DNA of 63,726 nucleotides, the filler included, from Octopus bimaculoides (taxonomy: Eukaryota), in NCBI RefSeq assembly GCF_001194135.2. It is 7 parts of 6 records of this genome, joined end to end, with 100 filler letters (N's around TTAATTAATTAA, not from the genome) between each part and the next. Parts side by side here need not be neighbours in the genome. Positions count along the whole stretch, not along the records: positions 41,360 to 61,191 come from NC_069002.1; positions 61,292 to 63,726 come from NW_026436021.1; 5 more parts are not named here. One strand, 5' to 3'. The position numbers and the translations under genes were made by a program. Shown one piece after another: positions 51,546-62,348 of the stretch (the first letter of the stretch is position 1; the number at the start of each line of letters is the position of its first letter). The notes under the pieces are model-generated. The model saw only the letters and a list, made by a program, of their open reading frames with translations. It was not told the DNA's origin and did no database searches.

Positions 51546-52149
51546 NNNNNNNNNNNNNNNNNNNNNNNNNNNNNNNNNNNNNNNNNNNNNNNNNNNNNNN
51601 NNNNNNNNNNNNNNNNNNNNNNNNNNNNNNNNNNNNNNNNNNNNNNNNNNNNNNNNNNNNNNNNNNNNNNNNNNNNNNNNNNNNNNNNNNNNNNNNNNNN
51701 NNNNNNNNNNNNNNNNNNNNNNNNNNNNNNNNNNNNNNNNNNNNNNNNNNNNNNNNNNNNNNNNNNNNNNNNNNNNNNNNNNNNNNNNNNNNNNNNNNNN
51801 NNNNNNNNNNNNNNNNNNNNNNNNNNNNNNNNNNNNNNNNAACAAAGCGATACGACAATAAGAGATCGCTAAAAGAGCCACATCGCTTAAAAGTAACCGC
51901 CGTACTTGGTACGATCGACTAAACCCCCACCTTTATGGTTGTGTGCTCCAGCATGACCGCATTCCACTGAGTGAAACAAGTTTAAGAAAAGTAAAACTAA
52001 TACGTGTAGATTGAGTTTACAAGGGAAGACGCTGGAAAGAAGGTTCTCCTTTTCTGGAGGAGGTATTACTGTAAACCATTCACTGCAGGTTCAAGTTTCC
52101 TTTTGATCTTTGCTATTTGATAGTTGCACCATTATGCGTCAGTTCTAGG

Positions 52150-52188
<39 letters not shown>

Positions 52189-52669
52189 TGAAGAAAGAAT
52201 CAGAGAGGGGGAGGCAGAGAGAAAAAAACAACACATCAATGTTGAGTCTAAAATGAAATTATCCATCAGTTGGATTCCTGTTTCTTTTAAATGCAATTTT
52301 GAATATAATTGCCGTAGCGTCTTTCCTCGTCGTTGCTGTCGTCGCTGCGTTGTCATCGTCATTGTTGTTGTTGTTGTTGTTGTTGTTGTCATTGTCGTTG
52401 TTGTTGTTGTTGTTGTTCTTTAGCACCAAGTTGAAATTGATTCAACCTATTCAGTTTCGATTAATTTCATAAATATCTTCAAGAATATATGTTGACAGAA
52501 ACACTTCATCACCGATATTAGTACTTTTACCACTCAGCTTACACACACACACACACACACCCTACGCACGCGCACTCATGCCCGCATACACACATACACA
52601 TACGCGCGTGCCCCTCACCCAAATTTCTTTCTGGTCTTGTGACAACATTTTAAATCAATACACACACAC

Positions 52670-52710
<41 letters not shown>

Positions 52711-53544
52711 NNNNNNNNNNNNNNNNNNNNNNNNNNNNNNNNNNNNNNNNNNNNNNNNNNNNNNNNNNNNNNNNNNNNNNNNNNNNNNNNNNNNNNNNNN
52801 NNNNNNNNNNNNNNNNNNNNNNNNNNNNNNNNNNNNNNNNNNNNNNNNNNNNNNNNNNNNNNNNNNNNNNNNNNNNNNNNNNNNNNNNNNNNNNNNNNNN
52901 NNNNNNNNNNNNNNNNNNNNNNNNNNNNNNNNNNNNNNNNNNNNNNNNNNNNNNNNNNNNNNNNNNNNNNNNNNNNNNNNNNNNNNNNNNNNNNNNNNNN
53001 NNNNNNNNNNNNNNNNNNNNNNNNNNNNNNNNNNNNNNNNNNNNNNNNNNNNNNNNNNNNNNNNNNNNNNNNNNNNNNNNNNNNNNNNNNNNNNNNNNNN
53101 NNNNNNNNNNNNNNNNNNNNNNNNNNNNNNNNNNNNNNNNNNNNNNNNNNNNNNNNNNNNNNNNNNNNNNNNNNNNNNNNNNNNNNNNNNNNNNNNNNNN
53201 NNNNNNNNNNNNNNNNNNNNNNNNNNNNNNNNNNNNNNNNNNNNNNNNNNNNNNNNNNNNNNNNNNNNNNNNNNNNNNNNNNNNNNNNNNNNNNNNNNNN
53301 NNNNNNNNNNNNNNNNNNNNNNNNNNNNNNNNNNNNNNNNNNNNNNNNNNNNNNNNNNNNNNNNNNNNNNNNNNNNNNNNNNNNNNNNNNNNNNNNNNNN
53401 NNNNNNNNNNNNNNNNNNNNNNNNNNNNNNNNNNNNNNNNNNNNNNNNNNNNNNNNNNNNNNNNNNNNNNNNNNNNNNNNNNNNNNNNNNNNNNNNNNNA
53501 ATAATAAATAATAATAATAATAATAATAAATAATAATAATAATA

Positions 53545-53632
<88 letters not shown>

Positions 53633-53762
53633 TAATAATAATAATAATAAATAATAATAATAATAATAATAATAAATAATAATAATAATAATAATAAATA
53701 ATAATAATAATAATAATAATAAATAATAATAATAATAAATAATAATAAATAATAATAATGAT

Positions 53763-54297
53763 AAATGCCCAGATGCAGTACGAGGCATATGCCCTGATGC
53801 AGTACCAGGCATATGCCCAGATGCAGTACGAGGCATTGTTTTACCTTGGTATAAAAGATGGGCTACAGTAAATATTCTGCTTAATACCACAGATTTGCTT
53901 GTCAGTTGTTTGACCTTAACCAGCCTTATAGGCTGATGATATGTGCATTTGTGATAATGAGCAGAAGTAGTGGGGAGCCTTGTGCTGTGAGGAATTCTTT
54001 GGAATTTGGATAATTCATCTCTGGAAACATGGGTGTTTTGATCATCATCCTTAAACAAACCTTATTCAGGGACCTTTTGAGCGGGATAGTCTACTCGACT
54101 TGAAGAAAATTCTAACTGGGTTCCGCTTGCGAGGTCATGCGCTGTTTATCTTGATATGAGATCACCATGTCGCGCACATATGGTTGTGATGCATGTGCCT
54201 GGTGTACCCTTATCAGACGGGTAGTCATGATGGGTATATTGGGCGTCGTATATTTTACCCCAGTGTCACTTTGATGGCCTGCACTGCTCTCTCACTC
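53763..54297 (+). mobile_element. (AAT)n-flanked non-coding interspersed element, copy 1
   Basis: Same termini (aaatgcc...gatgcagtac and ...ctgctctctcactc) as 56565-57202, with (AAT)n on both sides. True orientation is unknown. Confidence 0.75.
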
Positions 54298-54345
<48 letters not shown>

Positions 54346-54347
<2 letters not shown>

Positions 54348-54497
54348 GACTCAAATAATACCTATTGTCATAGGTGCCCTGGGAATGACAGCGAAACAGG
54401 CTGATTACTACCTAGCTCAGATACCAGGAAACCCTAAAATGGCTGAAGTTCAAAAGATAGTGCTCATGGGAACTGCCCATATCCTACGTAAAATACT
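54346..54497 (+). mobile_element. RLE-type LINE (R4/Dong-like) C-terminal fragment
   Basis: KTQIIPIVIGALG...QIPGNPKMAEVQKIVLMGTAHILRKI matches the IPxVIGALG...LQK.AL.GTA.ILR pattern. It begins directly at an (AAT)n tract. Confidence 0.75.
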
Positions 54498-55401
54498 NNN
54501 NNNNNNNNNNNNNNNNNNNNNNNNNNNNNNNNNNNNNNNNNNNNNNNNNNNNNNNNNNNNNNNNNNNNNNNNNNNNNNNNNNNNNNNNNNNNNNNNNNNN
54601 NNNNNNNNNNNNNNNNNNNNNNNNNNNNNNNNNNNNNNNNNNNNNNNNNNNNNNNNNNNNNNNNNNNNNNNNNNNNNNNNNNNNNNNNNNNNNNNNNNNN
54701 NNNNNNNNNNNNNNNNNNNNNNNNNNNNNNNNNNNNNNNNNNNNNNNNNNNNNNNNNNNNNNNNNNNNNNNNNNNNNNNNNNNNNNNNNNNNNNNNNNNN
54801 NNNNNNNNNNNNNNNNNNNNNNNNNNNNNNNNNNNNNNNNNNNNNNNNNNNNNNNNNNNNNNNNNNNNNNNNNNNNNNNNNNNNNNNNNNNNNNNNNNNN
54901 NNNNNNNNNNNNNNNNNNNNNNNNNNNNNNNNNNNNNNNNNNNNNNNNNNNNNNNNNNNNNNNNNNNNNNNNNNNNNNNNNNNNNNNNNNNNNNNNNNNN
55001 NNNNNNNNNNNNNNNNNNNNNNNNNNNNNNNNNNNNNNNNNNNNNNNNNNNNNNNNNNNNNNNNNNNNNNNNNNNNNNNNNNNNNNNNNNNNNNNNNNNN
55101 NNNNNNNNNNNNNNNNNNNNNNNNNNNNNNNNNNNNNNNNNNNNNNNNNNNNNNNNNNNNNNNNNNNNNNNNNNNNNNNNNNNNNNNNNNNNNNNNNNNN
55201 NNNNNNNNNNNNNNNNNNNNNNNNNNNNNNNNNNNNNNNNNNNNNNNNNNNNNNNNNNNNNNNNNNNNNNNNNNNNNNNNNNNNNNNNNNNNNNNNNNNN
55301 NNNNNNNNNNNNNNNNNNNNNNNNNNNNNNNNNNNNNNNNNNNNNNNNNNNNNNNNNNNNNNNNNNNNNNNNNNNNNNNNNNNNNNNNNNNNNNNNNNNN
55401 N

Positions 55402-56470
55402 TTTGCTGTGGATATGAATGTTGTACGGCCAAAATTTCGAAATGGCTGGATGGCTTTCTACACCCCGTCGCAAAACGATCGAGTTCCTATATTCGGGATA
55501 CCTTTGATTTTGTATCTAAAATCAACAACTTTTTTAAGCGCCGAGGCCGTATTGAGAACTGTTTTTTGGTAACCATGGATGTTTCTTCCTTATATCCCAA
55601 TATTGACCACAATGAAGGGGTAGAAGCACGCATGGATGCCTTCGAAAAGCGGTCAAACAAAAGTATTCCATCAAATTTACTCTGTAGGTTATTGAGGTTT
55701 GTGTTAGAAAGTAACACAATGAAGTTTAGACAAAGATTTTACCACCAGTCGAAGGGTTGTGCCATGGGTACTCCCATGGTAATTAATTTCGCTAATGTCT
55801 TTATGACGAAATTCGAGACACACTTGCAGAATGCACGAAACGCAACTTAATTTATGTTGGTTGTACAACAAAACAATTAAACAAAAGGGTTAATGGGCAC
55901 AAATTCGACGTCAGGCACAATAACAGTAGTTCGACAGAACTTGCTGAACATTTCGTTTGAAGCGGCTGCAATTTTGTAGATGACTTGAAAGTGCATATTC
56001 TCAAAAAATATTCTGAATCTGCTCCACTTTCACTTCTCAGAATATATGAGGAGAAATTTGTTTGCGGGTTATTAACATCACGTCCTGGAGGAATGAATAA
56101 GATGATAGGAGAATTTCATTAAATTTATACAAAACTGTTTGATTAAATATTCTTCTTTCTCTCTTTTTCTTTCCTTTTCTTTCTGTCGTCTCCTTTTTTC
56201 TATTTTTTCTGTCTTTTTCTTTTCGCATGATATAAAATTGTAACTTAAAATCTGATGATGTCATTCCATGAACGTGTGGACGCTGGTTGCTCTCGCTCAT
56301 ACTTTACGTTTAAATTTCTGTTATTTAGAATGTTTATCAGTTTTTATTTTGAACTTGACAAAGACAGACTTAATGTTGGAATATCGTTCAACTAATAAAA
56401 TATCTTACAATCGAATCGCGCTCTTCGTCTCGACTGTTTACCTTTGTGAAGAGTTACGTCAATCCTTTTA
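55402..56470 (+). mobile_element. Penelope-like element (Neptune-like), internally deleted, with 3' terminal region
   Basis: LVTMDVSSLYPNIDHNEG...FYHQSKGCAMGTP...FANVFM (RT) is joined at about 55820 to ECTKRNLIYVGCTTKQLNKRVNGH...LAEHF...LLTSRPGGMN (GIY-YIG). Confidence 0.85.
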
Positions 56471-56564
56471 AAAATATAATAATAATAATAATAATGATAA
56501 TAATAATAATAATAATAATGATAATAATAATAATAATAATAATAATGATAATAATAATAATAAT

Positions 56565-57202
56565 AAATGCCATGATGCAGTACCAGGCAGTGGCTCTCAT
56601 GGCTTCTGATCTTAATTGATTGGAAGTGTTATCATGTACATTGTTTTGCCTTGGTATAAAAGATGGGCTACCGCAAATATTCTGCTTAATACCACAGATT
56701 TNNNNNNNNNNNNNNNNNNNNNNNNNNNNNNNNNNNNNNNNNNNNNNNNNNNNNNNNNNNNNNNNNNNNNNNNNNNNNNNNNNNNNNNNNNNNNNNNNNN
56801 NNNNNNNNNNNNNNNNNNNNNNNNNNNNNNNNNNNNNNNNNNNNNNNNNNNNNNNNNNNNNNNNNNNNNNNNNNNNNNNNNNNNNNNNNNNNNNNNNNNN
56901 NNNNNNNNNNNNNNNNNNNNNNNNNNNNNNNNNNNNNNNNNNNNNNNNNNNNNNNNNNNNNNNNNNNNNNNNNNNNNNNNNNNNNNNNNNNNNNNNNNNN
57001 NNNNNNNNNNNNNNNNNNNNNNNNNNNNNNNNNNNNNNNNNNNNNNNNNNNNNNNNNNNNNNNNNNNNNNNNNNNNNNNNNNNNNNNGTTGTGATGCATG
57101 TGCCTGGTGTACCCTTATCAGACGGGTAGTCATGATGGGTATAATGGGCTTCGTATAGTTTACCCCAGTGTCACTTTGATGGCCTGCACTGCTCTCTCAC
57201 TC
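56565..57202 (+). mobile_element. (AAT)n-flanked non-coding interspersed element, copy 2
   Basis: Near-identical to 53763-54297 on both sides of an internal gap. Confidence 0.75.
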
Positions 57203-57247
<45 letters not shown>

Positions 57248-57430
57248 CCTTTCTACTATAGGCAGAAAGACTGAAATTTTGGAGGAGAGGGATAATCAAT
57301 TACATTGACCCCAGTGCTCAACTGGTGCCTATTTTACCGACCGCGAAAGGATGAACTCAGAACGTATCGACGGGCGAAATACCGCTAAGCATTTCGTCCA
57401 GCGTGTTATCGATTCTTTCAGCTCGCTACA
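57248..57430 (-). mobile_element. tRNA-derived SINE (42942 family)
   Basis: cctttctactatagg...ccccagtgctcaactgg...aaataccgctaagcatttcg. Confidence 0.7.
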
Positions 57431-57440
57431 TTAATTAATA

Positions 57441-57502
<62 letters not shown>

Positions 57503-57519
57503 AATGATGAAATAATAAT

Positions 57520-57665
57520 TGTCTCAAATTTTGGCTCCTCTAGTAGTTATTTTATCGACCCCGAAAGGATGAAATGCAAAATCAACCTGGGCGGCATTTG
57601 AACGAAAACACGGACGAAATACTGCTAAACATTTTGTCCGGCATGCTAATGGCTTCTCCATTTCA
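57520..57665 (-). mobile_element. tRNA-derived SINE (42942 family), partial
   Basis: ttattttatcgaccccgaaaggatgaaa...cggacgaaatactgctaaacattttgtccggcatgctaa. Confidence 0.65.
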
Positions 57666-58019
57666 GTCTCGAGGCTGCAATAATGATAAACAAAATCCCG
57701 GCATAATCAAGAACCCAAGTAGAGGGATTGAACGCGAAACCTCATTGCTTCGAAGCAAACTTTTTAATCGCTCTACTATGCTTGCGTTCATAACTTTGTA
57801 ATACATGTCACCACCATCACCACACATGTGCGTGGCAGTGATTGTGACCATCGATCTGCTGATCAAACTAAGGAAACAATGTTTCCATTGGTTTTTCAAA
57901 CTGCTCATATTACACTGTGTAACACGATTTTTGTCCTTGGGTAGCAACTGTTATTTGCTATTTGCTTACCCCTAGAAAGGCTAACTTTTCCATCAATTTT
58001 TTCCCTTTGTTGCATTTAA

Positions 58020-58190
58020 TCAAACCTTAAAGAATCCCCCTCAACACATGCTTGTGAAGCTCCTTCACTACATCTTATTATGGTCAAAGATGCATATATT
58101 GTCAGCCACGAAGGTACATGCCCAAGTGGTTAATATCAAGCAAATGGCTAGCAAGCCTGTGGTATTGAGCAGAATATTTACTTCAGCAAC
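58020..58190 (-). mobile_element. Old, diverged internal fragment of the (AAT)n-flanked element
   Basis: gaatccccctcaacacatg...gtcagccac...ctgtggtattgagcagaatattt is the reverse complement of the 53870-54000 region. Confidence 0.6.
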
Positions 58191-58381
58191 TGAGCGCTGA
58201 ATCTGTCTGAAATATAGTGGAAAATAAGTCGGTTTCGAAACATTGATGTCCAGGTCACAAAAGTAAAGTCTGAAGGGAATAGTAGTCATTTCCTTTGATT
58301 TCTAGATAGCAGCAAATACGAAAGAACACTGACGAAAGGCAAAACAAAATTTTGTTTCACAATGTTATCTGTCGGTTGCAG

Positions 58382-58675
58382 GTGAAGGCACGTCGCTAAG
58401 AGCTTAGGGTATTAAGCTCAAAATCTTAAGGTCGTGAGTTCGATAGCAGGCGGCGCATGTATCTTTGAGCAAGACACTTTATTTTACATTACTCCAGTCC
58501 ACTCAGTTGGCAAAAATGAGTTGTATCTGTAATTCAAAGGGCCGGCCTTGTCACATTCTATGTCATGCTGAATCTCCCCGGAGGGAGTCAACTACTTCCC
58601 CGTCAATTTCACGAGCAGGCTGTTCTGTTGAATCGGATCAACTGCTACCCTCGTCATCTTAACCGACGGGATGCT
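58382..58675 (+). mobile_element. tRNA-derived SINE, near full length
   Basis: Homologous to 32765-33080. Confidence 0.7.
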
Positions 58676-59429
58676 TGTTGTTGATTGCAAATCCTACCTG
58701 AAATGTAGCCGTTTTCTTTTTTTTCTTCTTTTTCCATTCCGCTAAACTACTGCCCAAGACTGGAATTTGTTTAATCGACCCTGAAATAACGAATGGCAAA
58801 AATTGACCTCAGTGGGGTTTGAGCTCAGAGAATCGAGAGAAATACTGTGAGGCGTTGTATCCACTTGACGACTCTTCTAGTTCTTCATCTATCTATCGTA
58901 TATACATATTCACTTCTTAAGTTTGACATGTCGTTGTACCGTTGATACAAAACGGAGACGATGATTAAAGGAACTAAAACACTTCTGAGGCCTTACAATA
59001 AGAACTTTGCCCTCTCCCACTTTCCACCACCACTGCCGTCGCCACCGCCATCGCCGCCGCTTTAATCACCACCACTACCACCAAGCCTTGGCCGTCTTGT
59101 TTTCGTTTTGTGTAAAGTTTTGTTTGACATGTGATTTGATGCCATTTCTATTATCAGTCGATGTAATAGAGAAGGCTGGATGAATTTCATGTATAATTCA
59201 TCATTGGAAACATTCTTCTACCAAGATTTATAAGTCTTCTTTACTTTGTCGCTGTTCGGACTTTCACAAACAAAATATCATCAACATACAAAGCTGTATT
59301 CTAAAATAGTCGGAGTTAATATTATTATGTTGCTGTGATGTGGGTGTTCCTCGCAATTACCAGTCACACGTAATAATAGTAAGCAGCACAATATGACAAT
59401 GTTTTCATTCTGTAGGTGGCACTAACACT

Positions 59430-59890
59430 TCGAAAATACAAGAGGTGTTGCGTTCGGGACAGAAGCATGGACTTTCTCTTACAGACATGAAAGCAACTTG
59501 AAATCTTTCAAGTGTGCCGTCTGCGCAATATCTGCTACATAAAGTGGCAAGGGAAGATATCGAATGTCAAAGTTTATTAAAAGTGTGATATCTATAGAAT
59601 CGAAAGCATGGTGTTGAGAATTCGGTGTAGATGGACACGGCATGTTCGAATGCAAGACGATCTCATTCCTAAAATTCTTTTGTGCGGCCAGCAAGTAGAA
59701 GGATACTACAGTAAAGGAAGACCCCTTCCTTTAACATAAGAGTAAGTTGAAAGAATCACTAATATTCCTACAGCTTAATTTAACATTTTGGAAAAGTAAT
59801 GGCTTAGATCGATCTGAGTGGTGCAGAATATGTCCTGATGCATCAAAACAATTTGAGTTGAAGAAACAGAACAATAAAAGAATTATATCC
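59430..59890 (+). mobile_element. RTE-clade LINE C-terminal fragment
   Basis: GTEAWT...RLRNICYIKWQGKISN...RWTRHVRMQDDLIPKILLCGQ...KGRP...LDRSEWCRIC. Confidence 0.75.
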
Positions 59891-60628
59891 TACGATCAAC
59901 AAATACATTTGTGCAATTCCTGGAAAGGAAAGCTTTATATTACTCAGAACGTATGAAATAAGTCTGAAAATACATGTAGGCCAAGCTTATGAAGATACTT
60001 TGTACAGGCAAAAGGTTAAATTTTGAAACCATGAAAAGTGAATTCAAAACACCCCAAAGCTATAATATGAAATAACTTTTGAGTATGGTGCTTAGTTCAA
60101 GAAGACGTGTTGGTTTGTAACTGTAGCGCAAGACCAAAGTGTATTGGTTAGTGCAAGGTCAATGAAATCAATCCTAAGCATTTTGTTGATACTTTATCGA
60201 CTTTCGAAGAGAGAAGATAAAGTCGACCTTGACGAGAACTCCAAGTCATAACTTAAAGAACTTAACAAAATAACTCGAGGCAATTTGTCCTTTTCTTAAC
60301 CTCAATTGGTTTTGCCACTTCTTTATCTTCTTTTGTCCTTAATTTCATATTTCTTCGTTCGTCTCAATCTTCAAACGTTTCCTACTCTTTGATGTCTTCG
60401 TCCGTTTGTTTGATATCTGCTTTTCTTGCCAGCATGGATTTTAGAGAGGATTTATTGGAGCCAAGACTTAATGGCCGTATGCTCTTCCTATCGGCAACTA
60501 TTGTTCTTCAAGTGAATCATGTTTTTATTCTACGAGTCTTCGAAATCACAGTCGTAACGTCAATACCAATACTGTATCGATTTAGCGGTGATAAACATTA
60601 ACAAACGTTTGCGTGCGCACATATACAT

Positions 60629-60717
<89 letters not shown>

Positions 60718-60977
60718 ATATTTTAAAAAACGGGATAAAAAGGTGTAACATTGCCTGCGACATTTACACGCCACGTCCGCTGTAAACCGCAGAGCTGTGC
60801 TAACCGTTACACCAAAGCGACGTACAACCTTACGCCGCCTGAATTAGAAGACTTGCGTGCAGTACCCAAAAGGACATACTAGTGAGTAGCTGAAGACTGA
60901 TACTCACCACTGCACTTGTTCTCATTTGTACTCACCATTAACAGATGAAACTACGATTAAGTAAAAACAATACTCAA

Positions 60978-61130
60978 GGCTGTGTGGTAAGAATCTTACT
61001 TCCCAACCATATGGTTCGAGGTTCAGTTCCACAGTTTGGCACCTTGGGCAAGTGTATTTTTCTATAGCTTCGGGCCGACCAAAACCTTGTGGGTGGATTC
61101 AGAAGACGGAAACTGAAAGAAGCTTGCCGT
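60978..61130 (+). mobile_element. tRNA-derived SINE (gtggctgtgtgg family)
   Basis: ggctgtgtggtaagaa...ggcaccttgggcaagtg...gggccgaccaaaaccttgtg...gacggaaactgaaagaagc. Confidence 0.7.
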
Positions 61131-61149
61131 TTATGTACATGTGTGTGTA

Positions 61150-61191
<42 letters not shown>

Positions 61192-61291
61192 NNNNNNNNN
61201 NNNNNNNNNNNNNNNNNNNNNNNNNNNNNNNNNNNTTAATTAATTAANNNNNNNNNNNNNNNNNNNNNNNNNNNNNNNNNNNNNNNNNNNN
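61192..61291. other. Artificial assembly linker truncating the protocadherin CDS
   Basis: TTAATTAATTAA at 61236-61247. Confidence 0.95.
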
Positions 61292-62298
61292 TTGATGACA
61301 TTTACCATAACAGTGGCTATGGAACTGAGAGGAGGGTTGCCCCCATCTCTGGCTTCAATATACAATTTAAATGATTTCTTCTTTTCTAGATTAGAATGTT
61401 TGGCTTGGAATATTTCCCCAGATTGTTGCTCTATCCTAAAGTTGTTCATTGAGTCTTTAGATGTTAATGAACTGATATAATACAAAACTTTACCATTTTC
61501 TCCAATATCAGAGTCTTCTGCCATCATTACAACAATTGGTCTATTCCTTTGATGGTTATTTTGTATAGAGACATTGTATGTTTTCTCAGAGAAAATTGGT
61601 CTGTTATCATTTTCATCTTTCACAGTTATGTGCACATTTAAGACACCCTGTTTGGGTAGAGTTCCTCCATCCTTAGCAATTACTTCTATATTATAGCTAT
61701 CTTTCATCTCCCTATCTAACTTTCCTTCTAAAACAATTTCTAATGATAGCAAACTATCTGCTATCTGAAATGTGGACAAAGAAAACTGTTGGTTATTTCC
61801 CTTTAATTCGTAATCCACTAATCTGTTCTGTAATCCAACGTCTTTGTCAATGGCATTGGGGATGGACTTTTTCATACCTTTTCCATCTCCTTCTCCAAAT
61901 GTTAATTGAATTTCTCCCACAGGAAACTCTGGTTGATGGTCATTGATGTCTTCTATAATTACCTTAATTTTTAATATCTTTATAAATTTCCCTGCTTTAT
62001 GAACTGCTACCTTAATTGTGTGAAAGCATTCTTTCTCAAAAGTACACAGGGACTCAGCATCCAGTGTTTGTGTGGTGTATATCTTTCCAGTGTTGGTCAC
62101 ATTAAATAGCTGTGTTCCCTTCTCTTGTAACTGACTGAATGATAATAATGCAGGGTCCTTTAACTTTGAATCAGCAGTAATGTCTCCTATGTTGATAACA
62201 GGACTGTTTTCTTCTTTCACATGGTAAACAATGTCTTTAGAGATAGAACAGTGAAGCAGACACTGTAATATCCATATCGCTATTAAGACCATCTTCAT
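61292..62298 (-). CDS. Protocadherin (cephalopod-expanded type), 5' partial: signal peptide + EC1-EC3
   Basis: Uninterrupted ORF of about 335 codons. It has a hydrophobic N-terminus, an EC1 Cys-X5-Cys motif (CTFEKEC) and cadherin motifs DINDHQPEF, AIDKD, LDRE, AKDGG, DENDNRPIF, AEDSDIGENG and ARDGGNPPLSS. Open at the linker. Confidence 0.95.
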
Positions 62299-62326
62299 TA
62301 GTTGAGTTAAATACGAGTTAATTGAT

Positions 62327-62348
62327 CTGAAATTACAAGAGAAAAGTG
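62327..62348 (-). promoter_or_regulatory. Probable 3' splice acceptor 28 nt upstream of the protocadherin ATG
   Basis: Minus strand cacttttctcttgtaatttcAG|atcaatt: polypyrimidine tract plus CAG. Confidence 0.55.

Noticed and set aside
60885-60960. CTGAAGA...GAAAC spaced like a hammerhead
   Set aside because: Helix II is out of register and helix III and the cleavage triplet do not form.
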